From Octopus sinensis (Eukaryota), in NCBI RefSeq assembly GCF_006345805.1, contig NC_043005.1:77996001-78060000 (forward strand): DNA of 64,000 nt. The letters are read 5' to 3'. This document shows positions 1-12,068 of the stretch, piece by piece. The notes below the pieces were generated by a model. That model was given only the letters and a program-made list of their open reading frames with translations. It had not been told where the DNA came from and did not search any database. Both the position numbers and the translations under genes were made by a program. Each line of letters begins with the position of its first letter. The first letter of the stretch is position 1.

Positions 1-604
1 TTCGAGAAGTTACTGCTGTAAATTTAGAATTGCTAAACAAGAAAATAATGCAACTGCTCATATAGATATTAGTTTTCTTCGCTTTTCTTTTTACTATTTA
101 TAATAGGATTACGATTGAAGTTGTATAGAAACTACAGAAGAGGATTGAAAGACTGTATTACGTTATTTAATTAAGTTTAATTAAGTCTATTTCGATTCCG
201 ACTTTATATCTCACAAACGGTAATGTTGTCGTTCTATTTCTCTAAGGTCCAGAAAATAAGTAGAATAATGCGCAGTGGACTGATTCAATTGCTGGAATTA
301 AAGGCAATTAGAATAATAAAAAATAAGAATAAAGAAGGCAGATAAAAATGCGTCTATAAAAGGAAATTATTTTTTTAAATAAAAAGATATAGGACAAAAG
401 TTAGTTTTACACTTTTATGTTTCAGTCATTGGATCGTAGCCGTGCTGGAGCACCGCATTGATGGTTCTTCTGGATAAAATCGCCAACAGTACATTGCTTA
501 AAGCCTGGTGTTTATTCTGTCTGTCATGTTGAATGGAACGGCCTGGTTACAGGGTAGAAAGAAAACAACACCAGTTGCCAAGTGATAGGGAGACGAACAC
601 AAAA

Positions 605-1003
605 GGCGGCGAGCTGGCAGAAATGCTTTGTGGTATTTCGTCTGCCACTACGTTTTGAGTTCAAATTCCGCCGAGGTTGACTTTGCCTTTCATTCTTTCG
701 GGGTCGATTAAATAAGTACCAGTTACGCACTGGGGTCGATATAATCGACCTAATCCGTTTGTCCTTCCCTTTTTTGTCCTCTCTGTGTTTAGCCCCCTTG
801 TGGGTAGTAAAGAAATAGGTATTTCGTCTACCGCTACGTTCTGAGTTCAAATTCGGCCGAGGTCGACTTTGCCTTTCATCCTTTCGTGGTCGATTAAATA
901 AGTGCCCATTAGGCACTGGGATCGATGTATTTGACTTAATTCATTTGTCTGTCCTCGTTTATCCCCTCTGTGTTTAGCTCCTTGTGGGTAGTAAAGAAAC
1001 AGG
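605..1003 (+). mobile_element. SINE family B, two-unit train
   Basis: Head ggcggcgagctggcagaa, B-box-like gagttcaaattcc, central gcctttcatcctttcggggtcgat..aagtaccag, tail ccccttgtgggtagtaaagaaatag; second unit starts at gtatttcgtc. Many copies in window. Confidence 0.85.
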
Positions 1004-1239
1004 TATACGAACACAATGGCACACACGCACTACATAATAGATTTCCAACTCTGGTGCAAGCCTCGGTTTTGGGAGAGGGATCAGCGGATTATTCGACCCC
1101 AGGATATGTACCTTCATGGTTCTAGATACCTCCCTCCCACCACTATATGAGAAAAAATATCTAGCAGGTCATATATTGGAATATCTCTGATCAACAAGGA
1201 CCGATCACGTACTAAGCACTAAAGTCAGTTTCAAATGTT

Positions 1240-1440
1240 GGCACAAGGCCAGAAATTTAGTGGAGTGGGTAAGACGATTATAGGGACTCAATTCCTCAAC
1301 AGCTACCTATTTTATCAACCCTGAAAGGGAAGAAAGTCAAAGACGACCTCGGTGGAGTTTGAACTCAGATCGTAAAAATGAACGAAATGCCACTGAGCAT
1401 TTTTTTTGGCGTGCTAACAATCATACCAGCTCACCGCCTC
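1240..1440 (-). mobile_element. SINE family B (alternative-tail variant), diverged
   Basis: Reverse-complement match to family B head and core, with the cttgtgcc-type tail. Confidence 0.7.
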
Positions 1441-1989
1441 AATGTTAAACACTAACCACAACATCGACAACAGAACTGAATTGATTAACCACCGAAAAAA
1501 AGGCCTTCTCTGTGCGCAGCAGTATTGCTAGAAATAACAGGTAAATCTCCTTCGAACTGGATCCTACCGCCTTTCTCTGGTACTTACAAGAAACAAAGAA
1601 TACTGAAAGACTGTAGGTAATCTGGATCATTGCAGGTAATAAAATCTCTTAGAAGTTTTAGAATTACGTTATCCATAATTATTCCATAAGCTTAGGGATG
1701 ATCAAAATTGCAACGTCAGCTTCGGTGGCATTGGAACCCAGAACGTAAGGAGTCGCAGTCTTAATTCTACATGATAATTTGTATGGCATTCAATAGATTT
1801 AGCCAATACGCCGCCCTCATTTTAACAGATAACAATATGAATGAAATGGCCTAGACATATCGGACAAGGGTCAACGTTATGACCTTGCAGGGAGTTTATC
1901 TGTTATGTAAACTCGCAGGGGGCTTATCTATTGTTCTACAATACGTGCATTATCTTCAAAATAACAACAAACCTTATATAAACATAGTA

Positions 1990-2373
1990 TTTTGTTTGAA
2001 ATGATAATTCGATGTTTATATTGGTTTCAGGTATTTGACACAAATTCAGAAATTTCGGGGAAGTAGGTAAGTCGATTACATTGACCCCATTGGTCAACTG
2101 TTTTATCAACCCCGAAAGATGAAAGGCAAAGTGGTCTTCGGCGGAATTCGAGCTCAAGAACGTAGTGACGGATGAAATGCCATAAAGCATTTTTCCCGGT
2201 GTGCTAACGATTCTTATTTCTTTATTGCCCACAAGGAGCTAAACATAGAGTGGACAAACAAGGATAGACAAAGGGATTAGGTCGATTACATCGATACCAG
2301 TGCGTAACTGGTACTTAATGTATCGACCCCGAAAAGATGAAAGGCAAAGTCGACCTCGGTGGACAAAATACCC
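1990..2373 (-). mobile_element. SINE family B train (two units)
   Basis: Two family B cores; tail gggcaataaagaaataagaa joined to tcgttagc of the next head at ~2213. Confidence 0.75.
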
Positions 2374-3655
2374 ATTTCTTTATTGCCCACCAGGGACCAA
2401 CATAGAAAGTACGTGCACAATATCGGGGAACTAAAATTATAAAAAGGAGGCATAAAGAAAGAAGCAAAATTAAAAGAAACGAATGAATCATGAAAAAGAT
2501 GATATAATGAGGCGGAATGCCCACTCGACCCCTTATCTACATCATGTGTGTTTGTATTTCTTTTCTGTTTTGTTGTTGGAGGGGAATGGGTAGGTTTGGT
2601 GTCTGCAGGGGGAGGGTGTGGTGAAAAGGGAGAGGGAGGGCACTGGGTTCACAAGTACTTACTTCCTTTCTTTTTCTTTTTTTCCTTTTCCCGGCTATTT
2701 CCCATTCCCTATCTTCTAATACTGGAGTTTCTCTTTCTACTCCTTTATCCTCTCCTGTGGTGGTGGATTCTACCATTTTGGGTGGTGGAGGGCAGTTCAC
2801 TCTTATGTGGACTTTCTGGCCAGATTTAAAACAACGAGGAATCCTGCCCTCCACCCACACTTTCAGGATCAAATCCCCAATCTACAGGTTCTCGGGAAGC
2901 ACTTCGAGGACTTCCACCTCAGCTTGGACGGTAATTTCGATGATTTGTCCCTTCCATGTTGCTCCTTCCATCACTTCCGCTTGAATTACCTTCACCTCTT
3001 TTTCTCTTTCAATAAAGAGAGCCGCCACCACCCAAGCCGCATTGATTTCAGGGGGAATCCCTTCCACTTTGATTTTGGCATATCCTCTTGCCCATATAAA
3101 ACGGCAAGAGGACCACCTTTACTGTTTTTAACACTTTGGCAGCGTGGGCGGTCACTCTTTCCTCTGTTTTATAATGAAAGATAATCGTCCAGAACTTGCT
3201 TCTTTTGGCAAGGTAGGTAATATCTGGCCAGACTGTCATCAGCGCCTTGTCTATCTCTTTCTCCTCCATGTGGTCGACTCCCTTTTTCTCAACTGAGGAA
3301 ACTTTGTACGTTACCATCTTCTTTTGGATTTCCTCCATCCTTTTCTGCGGTGGGGACAACCTCACGTCGTTCCCTACCTTTACAGTCATTCTACTCTCTT
3401 TCCATATTTGCCAGGTTTATCTTCTTCCTTCTCATCTCGGTTGCCTCTGCCAAACTTTTTTTTTCCAGACATGCGTCCAACATCTTTACTGCCTTAACCA
3501 GTTCTTCCTTCGAAGAGGACAACTCAGTTTCGCTTAGGTCCTAATATACACAAGTTCCACCTGCCATCTCTCATTACTACCGACAGACGGCACAACACTC
3601 AAAAACCGCTGCAAACGCAGCACAAAGAACAACAAAATCAATCAATAATACACAA
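2374..3655 (-). mobile_element. Internally deleted Tx1/L1-like non-LTR retrotransposon (5'UTR, ORF1, 3' tail)
   Basis: GC-richer block with frameshifted gag-like ORF1, followed by a T-rich 3'UTR ending ggtgggcaataaagaaat. Clade assignment rests on ORF1 architecture only. Confidence 0.6.
2537..3545 (-). pseudogene. Disrupted LINE ORF1 (gag-like, zinc knuckle)
   Basis: ORFs 3048-3389, 2882-3067 and 2537-2872 join across a frameshift and a stop; degenerate CCHC knuckle EGRIPR-CFKSGQKVHIRVNC (2792-2833), followed by basic KRKKRKRK. Confidence 0.65.
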
Positions 3656-3659
3656 TATA

Positions 3660-4690
3660 TATTTTTTTACTACCCACAAGGGGCTAAGCACACAGAGGAC
3701 AAACAAGGACAGACTAACGGATTAAGTAGATTATAACGACCCCAGTGCGTAACTGGCACTTATTTAATCGACCCCGAAAGGATGAAAGACAAAGTCGACC
3801 TCGGCGGAATTTGAACTCAGAATGTGGCGGCAGACGAAATACCGCAAAGCATTTTGCTCGGCGTGCTAATGATTCTGCCAGCTCGCTGCCTTAGTAACAA
3901 TAATAATAATTCAATAGGAGGTCAAGAGGGATCCCCATCCCCAACCAAAGAAAAAAATAACACAAGGTATCGTAGCGCTGCTTAATCTCAATCAGGTTTG
4001 ACCTGTTGTTAAAAACAATCCTTCACCCAGAATATGATCTAAAAATAATTCCCAAGTTCAAGTTGTTTATATAATAATCAAGTCTAGAGTTTCTTATTTT
4101 TTTATTGCCCACAAGGGGATAAACATAGAAGGAACAAACAAAGATAGACAAACGGATTAAGTTGATTACATTAACACCAGTGCGTAACTGGTACTTAATT
4201 TATCGACCCAGAAAGGATGAAAGGCAAAGTCGACCTCGGCGGAATTTGAACTCAGAACGTAACGGCAGACGAAATACCTATTTCTTTACTGCCCGCAAGG
4301 CGCTAAACACAGAGAGGACAAACAAGGACAGACACACGGATTAAGTCGATTATATCGACCCCAGTTCGTAACTGGTACTTATTTAATCGACTCCGAAAGG
4401 ATTAAAGGCAAAGTCGACCTCGGCAGAATTTGAACTCAGAACGTAGCGGCAGACGAAATACCGCTAAATATTTTGCCCGGCGTGCTAATGATTCTGCCAG
4501 CTCGCTGCCTTAGTAATAATAATAATAATTCTTGAATGGGAGGTCAAGTGGGATCCCCGTCCCCAACCAAAGAAAAAAATCTCAATGAGGTTTGACCTGT
4601 TGTTAAAAACAATCCTTCACCCAGAATATGATCTAAATATAATTCCCAGCTTCAAGTTGCTTATATAATAATCAAGTTTAGAATTTCTAT
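3660..4690. repeat. Diverged local tandem duplication containing family B SINEs
   Basis: SINE plus unique flank (ggaggtcaag..ccccaaccaaagaaaaaa..ccttcacccagaatatgatct) at ~3660-4097 and ~4275-4690; second copy has a ~27-nt deletion. Confidence 0.8.
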
Positions 4691-4904
4691 TATTAAGGAA
4701 CAATCAGAATGGGGGGGTAAACGAAGATAAAGGAGTATGATCGTGAAAACAATCTTCAAAATATTTTGATAAGTCGATGTTTATTTGTATGTTTTCTATC
4801 AAAAATATATGTCAGATGCACTTGAACTTCAAGTTTTGATTTTATTTTGGGATGTATAGCAAAAACATACCTTAAATAGATATACATATTTATATGTGTG
4901 TGTA

Positions 4905-4939
<35 letters not shown>

Positions 4940-4941
<2 letters not shown>

Positions 4942-5415
4942 CTTTTACTTGTTTCAGTCATTTGATTGCGGCCATGCTGGAGCAAAGCCTTTAGCGAAAC
5001 AAATCAACCCACCACCACCAATACGCATTCTTTGCAAGCTTGCTTCTTATTCTATCGGTCACTTTTGCCGAACCGCTAGTTGACATTTTGTAAATACTCC
5101 AACATCGCTTGTCAAGCGATGGTGGAGGAGAAACATAGACACACAAGCACAAAAACACACACACATACATACATACATACATACATACATACATACATAC
5201 ATACATACATACATACATACATACATACACACATACATATATACATAAAATTAAGATGGGCTTCTTTCAGTTTGTATCTATGAAATCCACTCACAAGGAT
5301 TTGGTTGGTCCGACGCTACAGTAGAAGATACTTTCCCAAGGTACCACACAGCGGGAATGAACCCAAGGCCGTGTGGTTAGAAAGCAAGCTTTTTACCACG
5401 CAACCACTCGTTTAT
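4940..5415 (-). mobile_element. SINE family A (tRNA head, CORE-like domain)
   Basis: Head gagtggttgcgtggtaa; accttgggaaag CORE-like motif; internal (TACA)n; tail ctccagcatggccgca..gactgaaacaagtaaaag. Confidence 0.85.
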
Positions 5416-5579
5416 CTATTACTTGTTGCAATCATTACACTGCGGCCATGCTGGGGCAGTGCATTAAAAGGCTTTTATAGGAATGCATCAACCCCAGTAT
5501 TTATTTTCTCTTTGAAGGGCAGGTACTATCTGCAGACGTATACACACAAACACACACACACACACACACTTACACACTT

Positions 5580-5610
<31 letters not shown>

Positions 5611-6164
5611 CATACACACACATATATATATATATATTTGTATGTATATATGTATATATATATATATATACATATGTGTGTATGTGTGAAAGCGTTTGTT
5701 TTAGCGGTTAGACATTCGGCTTGCGATCGTGAGTTCGATTCCCAGCGACGTGTTGTGTCCTTGAGCAAGACACTTTGTTCATTATCCGGGCTGCATTCTG
5801 TTTGTCAGTTTGTTTGTGCGCATGTGTGTGCGTCAGTGTGCCTGTGTATGCAAATATGTAGGTATGTATGTATGCGTGTATGCGTATACATATGTATGCG
5901 TGTGAGTACGTCTGTATGATGTATATATTCTGTATAATTTGTTTGTGTGTTAGTATGTGTATGTGTTTGTATGTGTGTATGTGCGTGTATGTTCATGTGT
6001 TTCAGTCTTCATTTGTGTATGTGTGTATGTCTGTCCATATTACCAATGAATCTGTTTATGTATTTATCTATGTTTACTTACATATCCATCTACCTACCTA
6101 TATACATACATACATACATACAGACAGACATATATATGTATATATGTATATATGTATATATGTA

Positions 6165-6847
6165 TATTACTTAAACTTTCCTCAAATGGGGCTTTTACAT
6201 GCCGAAATCTACTTGGTGAAATTAATGATTATTCCAAATTAATTAATTTCACCCTATATTATTACTGATAACCATATTTCATCCCAGTAAATGACCACAA
6301 CATCTTGTCTTGGCTGCACGCTGGTGGGAGGGGGTTGGTGAAACAAACTTTCATTCACACTTTGAATTTGGTGATACTGGTAACGGCTTTAGCTCGCTCT
6401 GATACTGAGTTGAGATGATGTCTTCTAGTACCTCGAAATTTAATATACAATTATTCATAATTGTAGTGTCCTACGCTGATGAGAAAAGAAGTTGGGTAAG
6501 ACATAATTATCTAATTCTTATGCTTTCCTAAAACTTAATTTCGAAACGTACGTCCGTAGGTAACTTAATATTGTATGATCGATTGTCGTCATTTCTTTCT
6601 CTCTTGCCTGTCTGTGTTTGCCTTTCAAGTGCTGTGGTTTTACTGAGATCTCCCTTTTAGTAGAAAGAATAGCTATAACTCTTTGACTGCTATTTCTAAA
6701 TTCGGTGTGTGGTGAGGCAAATCGTTGCTAAACCCTTAATTACTTAGTATTACTTAAACTTTCCTCAAATGGGGCTTTTACACGCCGAAATCTACTTGGT
6801 GAAATTAATGATTATTCCAAATTAATTAATTTCACCCTATATTATTA

Positions 6848-6850
<3 letters not shown>
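6165..6850 (+). mobile_element. Terminally redundant 583-bp hammerhead-bearing unit (retrozyme/Penelope pLTR-like)
   Basis: 103-bp direct repeats at 6165-6267 and 6748-6850 (1 mismatch) flanking a hammerhead motif; TA-rich microsatellite on both sides. Confidence 0.75.
6470..6560 (+). ncRNA. Type I hammerhead ribozyme, extended helix II
   Basis: Helix I cctacg(6470-75)/cgtagg(6555-60); CUGAUGA 6476-82; 60-nt helix II closed by gaaa/tttc; GAAAC 6543-47; helix III AC-gtac-GU; cleavage triplet GUC 6552-54. Confidence 0.8.
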
Positions 6851-6892
<42 letters not shown>

Positions 6893-6899
6893 CACATCA

Positions 6900-7620
6900 C
6901 AGCCTACTAACAATTCTACCAGTGAATATATAAGCTGTGGGTATTGGGGTATGCCTACCTTCTACGTATATTTCCTATTTAGTACTGGGGATATTTCATT
7001 TATGAGGACGTACTCCTGTATTTGCCTGAGTATTGGGGCCTTCGGGTGCCTGGATATTCCTCCATGTTGCTCTTTGGCATATTGGTAGAGTATCGTTGAC
7101 TGTTTTTTGTCGTCATATTGTCTCAAATGTCCATTTAGTCTTTCCGCACCGCTTCAGGATGTCTCACCTATCAATATCATGTTCTTGTCTTTATAAGCAC
7201 CCTCTATGCACTTGATGCTGTAGACTACATGTCTAGCTCTACAGTTAATGCCAGGATTAATCTTACATACCATGTGGTTATCTTTGGTACATGTGGTATT
7301 CTCAAAGGGGTATGTCCTACATAGTTGTGATCTGATAGAGCTCCCTGACATTTCAACGATCTTAATGTTGAGTTTTGCATCCTTCAGAGCTTTCCTATAT
7401 ATTCGGGCTAGTCCTCAATTTTTCAGTCTTGTAACATGTGTTCTCCTTGTTTGCTTTGTCACAAACGCTTTGTATCTTATTCGACTTTACTTCTGTATCA
7501 AGAGCAGTTGCCACTGGCTTCATTACATATAAGGCTAGCTAACTTCTTTTTAGCTCCACTGTATACCGGAACCATATATTTCCGGTCATATCCAGACATT
7601 TGCATGCGATGCATGAAGTG
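6900..7620 (-). pseudogene. Penelope-like element remnant (post-RT linker and GIY-YIG endonuclease, Neptune-like)
   Basis: RMQMSGYDRKY segment, then KIVEMSG..YPF..C..VC..NCRARHVVYSIKC..LIGETS*SGAERLNGH; multiple stops and frameshifts. Confidence 0.75.
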
Positions 7621-7624
7621 AGAA

Positions 7625-7822
7625 TTTACAAAAAAAAAGTAAATAAAGAAAAAAAGACAAAAGGCGAAGACGGATGTATAAACAACAAACAGATGTATTA
7701 GTTTAACGCTCGGGAAGTGAGAAAGTCTTTTACGTTTTGAGCCTACGCTCTTCAACAGAAAGGAATACACAAATAAACAGGGAGAGAAAATAGAAAAAGA
7801 TTTGGTGGCTAGCGATCTATCA
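7625..7822 (-). mobile_element. Repeat family C (hammerhead-like pLTR fragment)
   Basis: Homologous to 8488-8670 and 15815-15998; motif ctgttga-agagc-gtag-gctc-aaaac-gta. Confidence 0.7.
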
Positions 7823-8197
7823 TATGCATACACACAAGCATGCATACACATACATGCATGCATACACACATGCATGCATACACATACATGCATGCATACA
7901 TACATACATACATACAGACATACATACATACATACATACATACATGCATGCATGCATACATACATACATACATACATACAATAATACATACATACATATA
8001 TGTATATACTTGCACACTGACGCACACATTTACGCGCAAACAAAGAAACAAAAACTACGCATCTCTGAAAACGATTACTGAAAAGTCTGCAATATGCTGC
8101 GAAAATGTTAGTGAAAATTAATAATTAAAAGACTGGAAATCGAACCGGTGAGTGTGTTAAGTAATAAAACACTAAAAGAGAATAACTCTCTACAGAC

Positions 8198-8263
<66 letters not shown>

Positions 8264-8268
<5 letters not shown>

Positions 8269-8403
8269 TTTATTATATAGAAGGAGCTTCTACAGGACTA
8301 GAACTGTTTCATTCAAGAGAAATCTTCAGGAAGCTTCCTGAAGATTTCTCTTGAATGAAACAGTTCTAGTCCTGTAGAAGCTCCTTCTATATAATAAATT
8401 AAT
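8264..8403. repeat. Perfect 140-bp spacerless palindrome
   Basis: 70-bp arms are exact reverse complements around aag|ctt (8333/8334); abuts (TA)n. Confidence 0.95.
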
Positions 8404-8487
8404 TTTACTCTGCTATGTATTGAGTACCTTATTTACTGTGGTTAACCCCGAATCAACCCGGGACCAACATATATATATATATATATA

Positions 8488-8670
8488 GGGAGAGTTTACG
8501 AGAAAAACAAAAAACGAAGACAGGTGGTGTATAAAACAAACAGATGTATTAGTATAACACTCAGGAATAGAAAAAGTTTTTTACGTTTCGAGCCTACGCT
8601 CTTCTACAGAAAGGGACACAGAAAAAACAAGGAGAGAAAAAAAATGTGTGTAGTGGCTAACGATCTATCG
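8488..8670 (-). mobile_element. Repeat family C copy
   Basis: ctgtaga-agagc-gtag-gctc-gaaac-gta on minus strand; begins at (TA)n. Confidence 0.7.
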
Positions 8671-8681
8671 TTATTATTACT

Positions 8682-9092
8682 AGGCGCAGGAGTGGCTGTG
8701 TGGTAAGTAGCTTGTTTACCAACCACATGGTTCCGGGTTCAGTACCACTGCGTGGCACCTTGGGCAAGTGTCTTCTACTATAGCCTCGGGCCGACCAAAG
8801 CCTTGTGAGTGGATTTGGTAGACGTAAACTGAAAGAAGCCCGTCGTATGTATGTATATATATATACATGCGTGTGTGTGTTTGCGTGTCCTTGTTTGTCC
8901 CCCTAGCATTGCTTGACAACCGATGCTGGTGTGTTTATGTCCCCGTTACTTAGCGGTTCGGCAAAAGAGACCGATAGTATAAGTACTGGGCTTACAAAAA
9001 GAATAAGTCCCGGGGTCGAGTTACTCGATTAAAGGCGGTGCTCCAGCATGGCGGCAGTCAAATGACTGAGACAAGTAAAAGAGTAAAAGAGA
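8682..9092 (+). mobile_element. SINE family A, full length
   Basis: ggcgcaggagtggctgtgtggtaag head, gggttcagtacc B-box-like, ggcaccttgggcaagtg CORE-like, (gagtaaaa)n tail. Confidence 0.9.
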
Positions 9093-9174
9093 GTATATAT
9101 ATATATATATATAGTAATAATAACAATAACCTCATAATAACAATAACCCCTGGGTGGAATTCATAAACATATAA

Positions 9175-9315
9175 TGTATCGATACGTGCGTTTCGATAAA
9201 TCACATGTCTCTTAAGTTCACAGTCCGTATTCCCAGGGTGATTACAATGTAGTCCATAGCACCCGTGGACATAGGGTTGATCATCTTCATGGCTTCATTT
9301 CTTCAGGCGATATAA
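9175..9315 (-). ncRNA. Degenerate type I hammerhead-like motif with ~105-nt helix II insert
   Basis: CUGAAGA 9306-9300; GAAAC 9194-9190; AC-gcac-GU; GUA; helix I tatcg/cgata, with mismatched closing pairs on helices I and II. Confidence 0.4.
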
Positions 9316-9694
9316 TAGTAATGGATATTTGCCAGAGGAATGTTTGTCTCTGTTGACCAGTGCGAAGGCTGATGGAGTTAAATGGGTATTTCTGTGTGTA
9401 TTTGGTGGAGAAGAAGGGAAGGTGATGGATAATAAGATCGAACACATGAATGTACTGTTTTTATTTAAAGGCTGGTACTTGTACTGTCGGGCACTATTGT
9501 CGAACCGCTAAGTTAAAATACCAACACCGGTTGTCAAGCAGTGGTGGAGGACACACATGCACACTTAAACATTCGGTTTCCATCTACTAAATTCTCTCAC
9601 AAAGCTTTGGTTATAGTGGTGCCATGCAGTGGAACCGAACCCAGAACCATGTGTTTGAGAAACAAAATTCTTAACACACAGCCACGCCTACGCT

Positions 9695-9741
<47 letters not shown>

Positions 9742-10688
9742 AGCCACGCCTACGCTTCTATATATATATTTGTATATATATATACACATATACATACATA
9801 TATGTATAGCCACGCCTACGCTTATATATATATATATATATACACAAAAACATACATATACGTATGTGTGTGTGTGTGTGTGCATGCCTATATGTGGGCG
9901 TTCATATATACACATACCTCTACATATGTTGCGCAGGTGTATTGTTTTTAGCCGAATCAATTGTTCTTTGATCCACGTCTATCATTTCTGATTTGTTAAA
10001 CTATAAACAGTTCAAGCGTTGTATAAATAACAACAAACATTATATAAATAAACAACTGAAGGGTAAAGGTTATACACAAGAATACCCGGATGCTCTTGTA
10101 GGGACATTTTCATGTAAACGTGTGTGTAAGTGTGTAAGTTGTGTGTATGTAAGTGTATGTGTGTGTGTAAGTGTGTGTGTGGGCGATTAGATATTGTTAT
10201 AGATGTATGTTTACGTAAACTAATGCATACACACACAAACACACACACACACATATATGCATTTATATCTAACGAAGTATGTGCATATGCGAATATACGC
10301 ATATGCATACAGGTATGCATGCTTGTGTATTAATAATACATGCATATTTCAAGAAAGTTAGAGCATGTGAATCCAACCAACTAAGGGATAATATCTATCC
10401 AATATACTGCTGGTAGAATACCCAATTATTAATACACAAGTGCTTTTTATTGCATTCTAATTACATTACCGAGTGTACTAAATGGGTGAAGGTAAAGAGA
10501 TATTTTACCATTAATTTATAGAGCAATATGAAAAATGGAGGGGATCAATAGGTGGTTCATCATCTTTTAGACATTATATTATGTTAACTTATTTATCTAT
10601 TTACTAAGCTAACAATTACAAGAATATACATACATGTATAGCATATTATGCTTTACATATAAAATATGAAATCTCCATTTTCTTATTG

Positions 10689-10721
<33 letters not shown>

Positions 10722-10725
<4 letters not shown>

Positions 10726-11972
10726 GTCATCCCATAAATAATGCGGCTTTTTCAATTGCATGAACTAAACGTCGGAAGGGGGCGGGATAAACTGTCTGTA
10801 TCAACTTGCTATAAAAGCAGGTAGTAATTTTACTTTGTCCTTGTTGTGGGCGCAATTTTTGGGGAGTGCAGTTCGATTTTAACAGGTATTTTTTTCAAAA
10901 CTATAATGGAAGTGGCAAAGTTGTATATTCGGCATATTTTGCTTTATGAGTACAATAAAGGGAATAACGCAACAGAAAGTGCGAGGAATAGTAATGCAGT
11001 ATATGGGGATCGGGCAATAACCATAAGACCGTGCCAACGGTGGTTCCAGAAATTCCGAGCTGGAAACTACAGCCTAGTGACGTGGAGGTTCTGTAAACCC
11101 CGGTGGAACAAAACCCCATCGTAATTGTTGAGGAAGTAGCAGAGAAGCTTGGATTTGGTTATTCAACCATTCATTGACACTTGCATGCTATAGGAAAGGT
11201 CAGCAAATTGGGTCAATGGGTTCTGCACAAACTTTCCGAGTCTAATCGTGGGCAGAGACTGAATGTGTGCTCTTCTTTGCTGTCACGTCTCAGAAATGGA
11301 ATCTCTTTTGGACCGAATAGTGACTGGTGACGAGAAATGGGTCCTCTATAAGAATGTCAAGCGGCGAAGACAGTGATTAAGGAAAGTGGAAACCCCGGCA
11401 CCCCAGGCTAAAGAAGGTCTTCACCCACGTGAGCTGTTATTATCTGTTTGGTGGGATATATAAGTTTAGCCCACTTTGAACTTTTAAACACAAACCAATC
11501 GATAACAAAGATCTACTGCGACAACTTGAGTGGCTTACGTCAGCGCTAGAAGGAAAACGACCATCTTTGGTTTCAAGTCGAAAGGTGTTTTTCCATCAGG
11601 AATAAAGCTTGGCTACACACAGCGACAATGACATTCGAAAGGGTGGAACAGTTTTAATGGGAAACGATGTCCAACCCACCATATTATCTGGACATTGCTC
11701 CAGCTGATTATCATTTATTCCGCAGTCTTCAAAGTTATTTGGATGCAAAAAAATATGAATTGTGTAGACGAGGTCAGAACAGTATTGAAGAAATATTTTT
11801 CCTCTCGGACAAGTGAATTTTGGAAGAAGGTACCTTGCAAATCAACCAGATAGATGGATGAGCATTGTAGAAAATGAAGGAGAGTATATTTTAGATTTAA
11901 AAAAAAGAACTATATCTTAATTTTGAAAAATAAAAGTGGAAAAAAACTGCATTATTTAAGGGATGGACCCAA
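10722..11972 (+). mobile_element. Mariner (Tc1/mariner) transposon, full length, decayed
   Basis: TIRs ttgggtcatcccataaataatgc / gcattatttaagggatggacccaa, TA on both sides; HTH IRHILLYEY..CQRWFQKF (10846-11124), IVTGDEKWVLY and HPPY-like remnants in broken frames. Confidence 0.92.
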
Positions 11973-12029
11973 TATGTGCGTGTGTGTGTGTATGTATGCG
12001 CGCGTGTGTGTATGTTTGTGTATGTGTAA

Positions 12030-12068
<39 letters not shown>

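Noticed and set aside
524-916. 130-aa ORF and similar ..RPRKDERQSRPRRNLNSE.. ORFs
   Set aside because: Antisense read-through of SINE family B.
6395-6440. Second hammerhead-like motif (ctgatac..ctcgaaa) upstream of the intact one
   Set aside because: Core mismatched and helices I and III absent; only suggestive.
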